64,000 nt of DNA from Ostrea edulis (taxonomy: Eukaryota): NCBI RefSeq assembly GCF_947568905.1, contig NC_079171.1, positions 52,142,001 through 52,206,000 of the forward strand, written 5' to 3'. Made by a program: the position numbers and the translations under genes. The first letter of the stretch is position 1. The number at the start of each line of letters is the position of its first letter. Shown here piece after piece: positions 61,757 to 64,000 of the stretch. The notes under the pieces were generated by a model. That model was not told the DNA's origin and ran no database searches. It was given only the letters and a program-made list of their open reading frames with translations.

Positions 61757-62579
61757 CGTTCAGGAAGAGGCGATGCGAAATATACCTCGCGATGATAGCT
61801 TAGGACCATTTTTATTTAATAATCAGAACATCGTTCCAGCCGCACCATTTACAATATTCCCATTGGTGGCATCCAGTACCAAATCTATCAATGTGTATAT
61901 TTGCTCACAAAAACCGATAGTAAATCTTCCGAAGATAGAAGCTAGAATCGTACCATTCAATGGTGTATCAAACGCTCGTGTTAACGTGGAATTCCTACAT
62001 AAGAGAATTGTTCGAGTGGAAATCGCGAACGCTCTACTTATCGGGATAAGAATGTCTGATAAAGATAACACTGTGGTTTTTAACACGAAGCATGAAATTA
62101 ATTCTATTATACAATCACTCAATTATAACCTTAAGAAGAACATTATGATACATTTACCGACAACGAAATTTTTCAAAGCGGATCTGATGTTGAATCATTT
62201 TAAAAACGGTGGTGCGTACTTGACTACACTACGAAAGAGAAACCTTAAGCACGATCACCCCATGGTTGCGCATATGGAAGAGTCGGTGCTATATATGAAT
62301 GGCGTCAGTGAACACGAGTGGACAGCTACGTATTGTATGGACTTCTCTCAACAATTCATATTCACTCGTGAGGACACTACACAATTCACTATGGGATTCG
62401 ATATCGATTCGATAGTATCATTAGGACGAGACGGGTGTATAGCACTCGGTCAACCTGTTTTGTTAGACCCAGATTGTGATATAGAGTATAAAGAATCTTG
62501 TGATATGTGTGCGAAATATAATAAAGATGTTGTGCTGTATATACGAGCTACCAAGCAGAATCGGAAGCACCGCAGTTAG
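61734..62579 (+). CDS. Hypothetical viral protein, 281 aa
   Basis: Intact intronless ORF. Confidence 0.8.
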   Translation: MATIPSAIVQEEAMRNIPRDDSLGPFLFNNQNIVPAAPFTIFPLVASSTKSINVYICSQKPIVNLPKIEARIVPFNGVSNARVNVEFLHKRIVRVEIANALLIGIRMSDKDNTVVFNTKHEINSIIQSLNYNLKKNIMIHLPTTKFFKADLMLNHFKNGGAYLTTLRKRNLKHDHPMVAHMEESVLYMNGVSEHEWTATYCMDFSQQFIFTREDTTQFTMGFDIDSIVSLGRDGCIALGQPVLLDPDCDIEYKESCDMCAKYNKDVVLYIRATKQNRKHRS

Positions 62580-62612
62580 ACTAACATTGTGTAATACAAA
62601 AAAAATATGTAA

Positions 62613-63356
62613 ATGGATCGGATTGTGATATACGAATACAAAATTTGGGGTTATACCATGGCCGCGAAAAATAGTGACGATTGCGAATTACTAGAGGTAG
62701 TTAAGGTTAGAGTTCAAGGAGGATACTGGATACGAAATGTTACCAATGTCACTTTTAGAGGGTATACCGACTGGACATTGTACACGAGACTCGCCGGCTC
62801 AATTGTCGTTCATAGTAGGTGTATATTATATTCCGAAAATAATAAGATGTTGTACTACTCAGATCGAGATATAAAGCATATGTTTGAAGGTGTTGGAATA
62901 AATTCGCAATCGTTATCGTTGAATGGAGTGCTACTAAATATAGTCGACAACACAAGATGTGAAGTTAAGAAAAAGCGTAGATCTCATGGTCCGAACACGT
63001 ATATATTACATAAACAATCGTCTGTGATAATGCCTAATGAGTGGAGGATGGAGATCAGTAAACCTAATCCGCGCATCGATGGTGTGGTTATAACTGAGGA
63101 TGGGCGATTAACATTTAATACTAGAGACAAGGATCTTAAAAAAATGCCACAACAATGTAAACACGTACGGGGATACACGATTGGATCTATAATAATCCCG
63201 ACACATGCCGACGAATCGCCAGTGATCAAGTGGTTTATTAAAAGCCAAGACTTCCCTTGTTCAATGTGCAAAACTATCAAAATGATTGCTAAATCTAACC
63301 CACGCGTAAACGTTAAATTAGCACTTGCGGAATCCGAACTATTAATGAATATGTAA
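62613..63356 (+). CDS. Hypothetical viral protein, 247 aa
   Basis: Intact intronless ORF, followed by tttattaaa / AT-rich 3' end. Confidence 0.8.
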   Translation: MDRIVIYEYKIWGYTMAAKNSDDCELLEVVKVRVQGGYWIRNVTNVTFRGYTDWTLYTRLAGSIVVHSRCILYSENNKMLYYSDRDIKHMFEGVGINSQSLSLNGVLLNIVDNTRCEVKKKRRSHGPNTYILHKQSSVIMPNEWRMEISKPNPRIDGVVITEDGRLTFNTRDKDLKKMPQQCKHVRGYTIGSIIIPTHADESPVIKWFIKSQDFPCSMCKTIKMIAKSNPRVNVKLALAESELLMNM

Positions 63357-63446
63357 TATTTAATACAGCACCGCTCATGTGATTTTTTTTATTAAATGGT
63401 ATCGGAAAATAACGTACACGATACTGGATAGCAAAGTATTCGCACG

Positions 63447-64000
63447 ATGATATCGACACTTAAAATCGCAACCTTAATGGTGGTATTTGGTACCATTAAC
63501 TCCGTCTTGGTACCGTGCTTATGTCCGGATGAACCGGATGCTAACGGATGTCATAGATCGTCGATTAGTAGATGTTATCCACTACCAGTCGATGCCGATG
63601 GTAAACATGTGAATATTTTCATGGCTAGTTACGATATACGAAATAATGTCACCGGGGGCCTACTATACTGCATGAACAAAGCTAACCTGTCGGTATTCTC
63701 AGGACAATCGGCGCACACCTTTAAACTCTGTGATAATACAGGCATCCAATGCGGTACACGACACACTCTGAATTTGAGAGACTGTGGTTTCGCATCGAAC
63801 ACTGTTACGAGTTTCGAAATGCCAGTACCAAAACTCAGTCGAGCTCAAGATCAAACCACCACTGTCATAAACGCTTATGCTACAGATCAGGCTACAGCAT
63901 ATTCGAAGACCAAGGTGTATCCTGCGGTTATTCATTTCAACTTCAAACCTCATTTGGGAGATCACACGTCCACTAAGTATACGGGACTGAGTTCGTACAC
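63447..64000 (+). CDS. Cys-rich glycoprotein with signal peptide, 3'-incomplete (absent from the ORF track)
   Basis: MISTLKIATLMVVFGTINSVLVPCLCPDEPDANGCHRSS... stays open to base 64000; N-glycosylation sequons NVT and NLS. Confidence 0.75.
   Translation, partial: MISTLKIATLMVVFGTINSVLVPCLCPDEPDANGCHRSSISRCYPLPVDADGKHVNIFMASYDIRNNVTGGLLYCMNKANLSVFSGQSAHTFKLCDNTGIQCGTRHTLNLRDCGFASNTVTSFEMPVPKLSRAQDQTTTVINAYATDQATAYSKTKVYPAVIHFNFKPHLGDHTSTKYTGLSSY

Larger units (their letters stand above)
52018..64000. mobile_element. Large dsDNA virus-like genome segment (herpesvirus-like by best inference), runs off the right edge of the window
   Basis: About 12 kb of tightly packed or overlapping, intronless, intact ORFs; no TE insertions; visibly CpG-richer than the left part; several signal-peptide glycoproteins; a diverged PolB-like protein; origin-like palindromes. 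Confidence 0.75.

Noticed and set aside
62613-63356. dUTPase-like assignment for the 247-aa ORF
   Set aside because: None of the five dUTPase motifs is recognisable.

Overview
Eukaryotic, AT-rich, repeat-dense DNA. The repeat families resemble those of oysters/bivalves (inference from repeat content). Three zones. (1) 1-38.7 kb: an intact 3-exon RecQ-type helicase (AcademH-transposon-like), then a graveyard of mostly degenerate mobile elements: Gypsy, BEL/Pao, Ngaro/DIRS, CR1/L2, Penelope-like, tRNA-SINEs, Helentron-type non-autonomous elements carrying satellites, Kolobok-, MULE- and Harbinger-like pieces, and a small pPolB relic. (2) 39.6-52 kb: small spliced genes that I assembled by hand (a 114-aa 3-exon orphan; a type I membrane mucin built from five tandemly duplicated exons), an intronless Cys-rich ORF, and a ~1,520-aa Polinton/Maverick-type protein-primed DNA polymerase with one GT-AG intron and one homopolymer frameshift. 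No Polinton capsid, ATPase or integrase gene is visible. (3) ~52.0 kb to the window end: an abrupt switch to a compact, intronless, TE-free block of intact, often overlapping ORFs. It includes signal-peptide glycoproteins (mucin-repeat, ZP-domain-like, Cys-rich), a 1005-aa highly diverged B-family-polymerase-like protein, and a possible degenerate Rep-like ORF flanked by origin-like (TA)n palindromes. This block looks like part of a large enveloped dsDNA virus genome. My best guess is herpesvirus-like (malacoherpesvirus-related). It begins ~80 bp downstream of the pPolB gene. All family assignments come from motif recognition by eye; no database searches were run.
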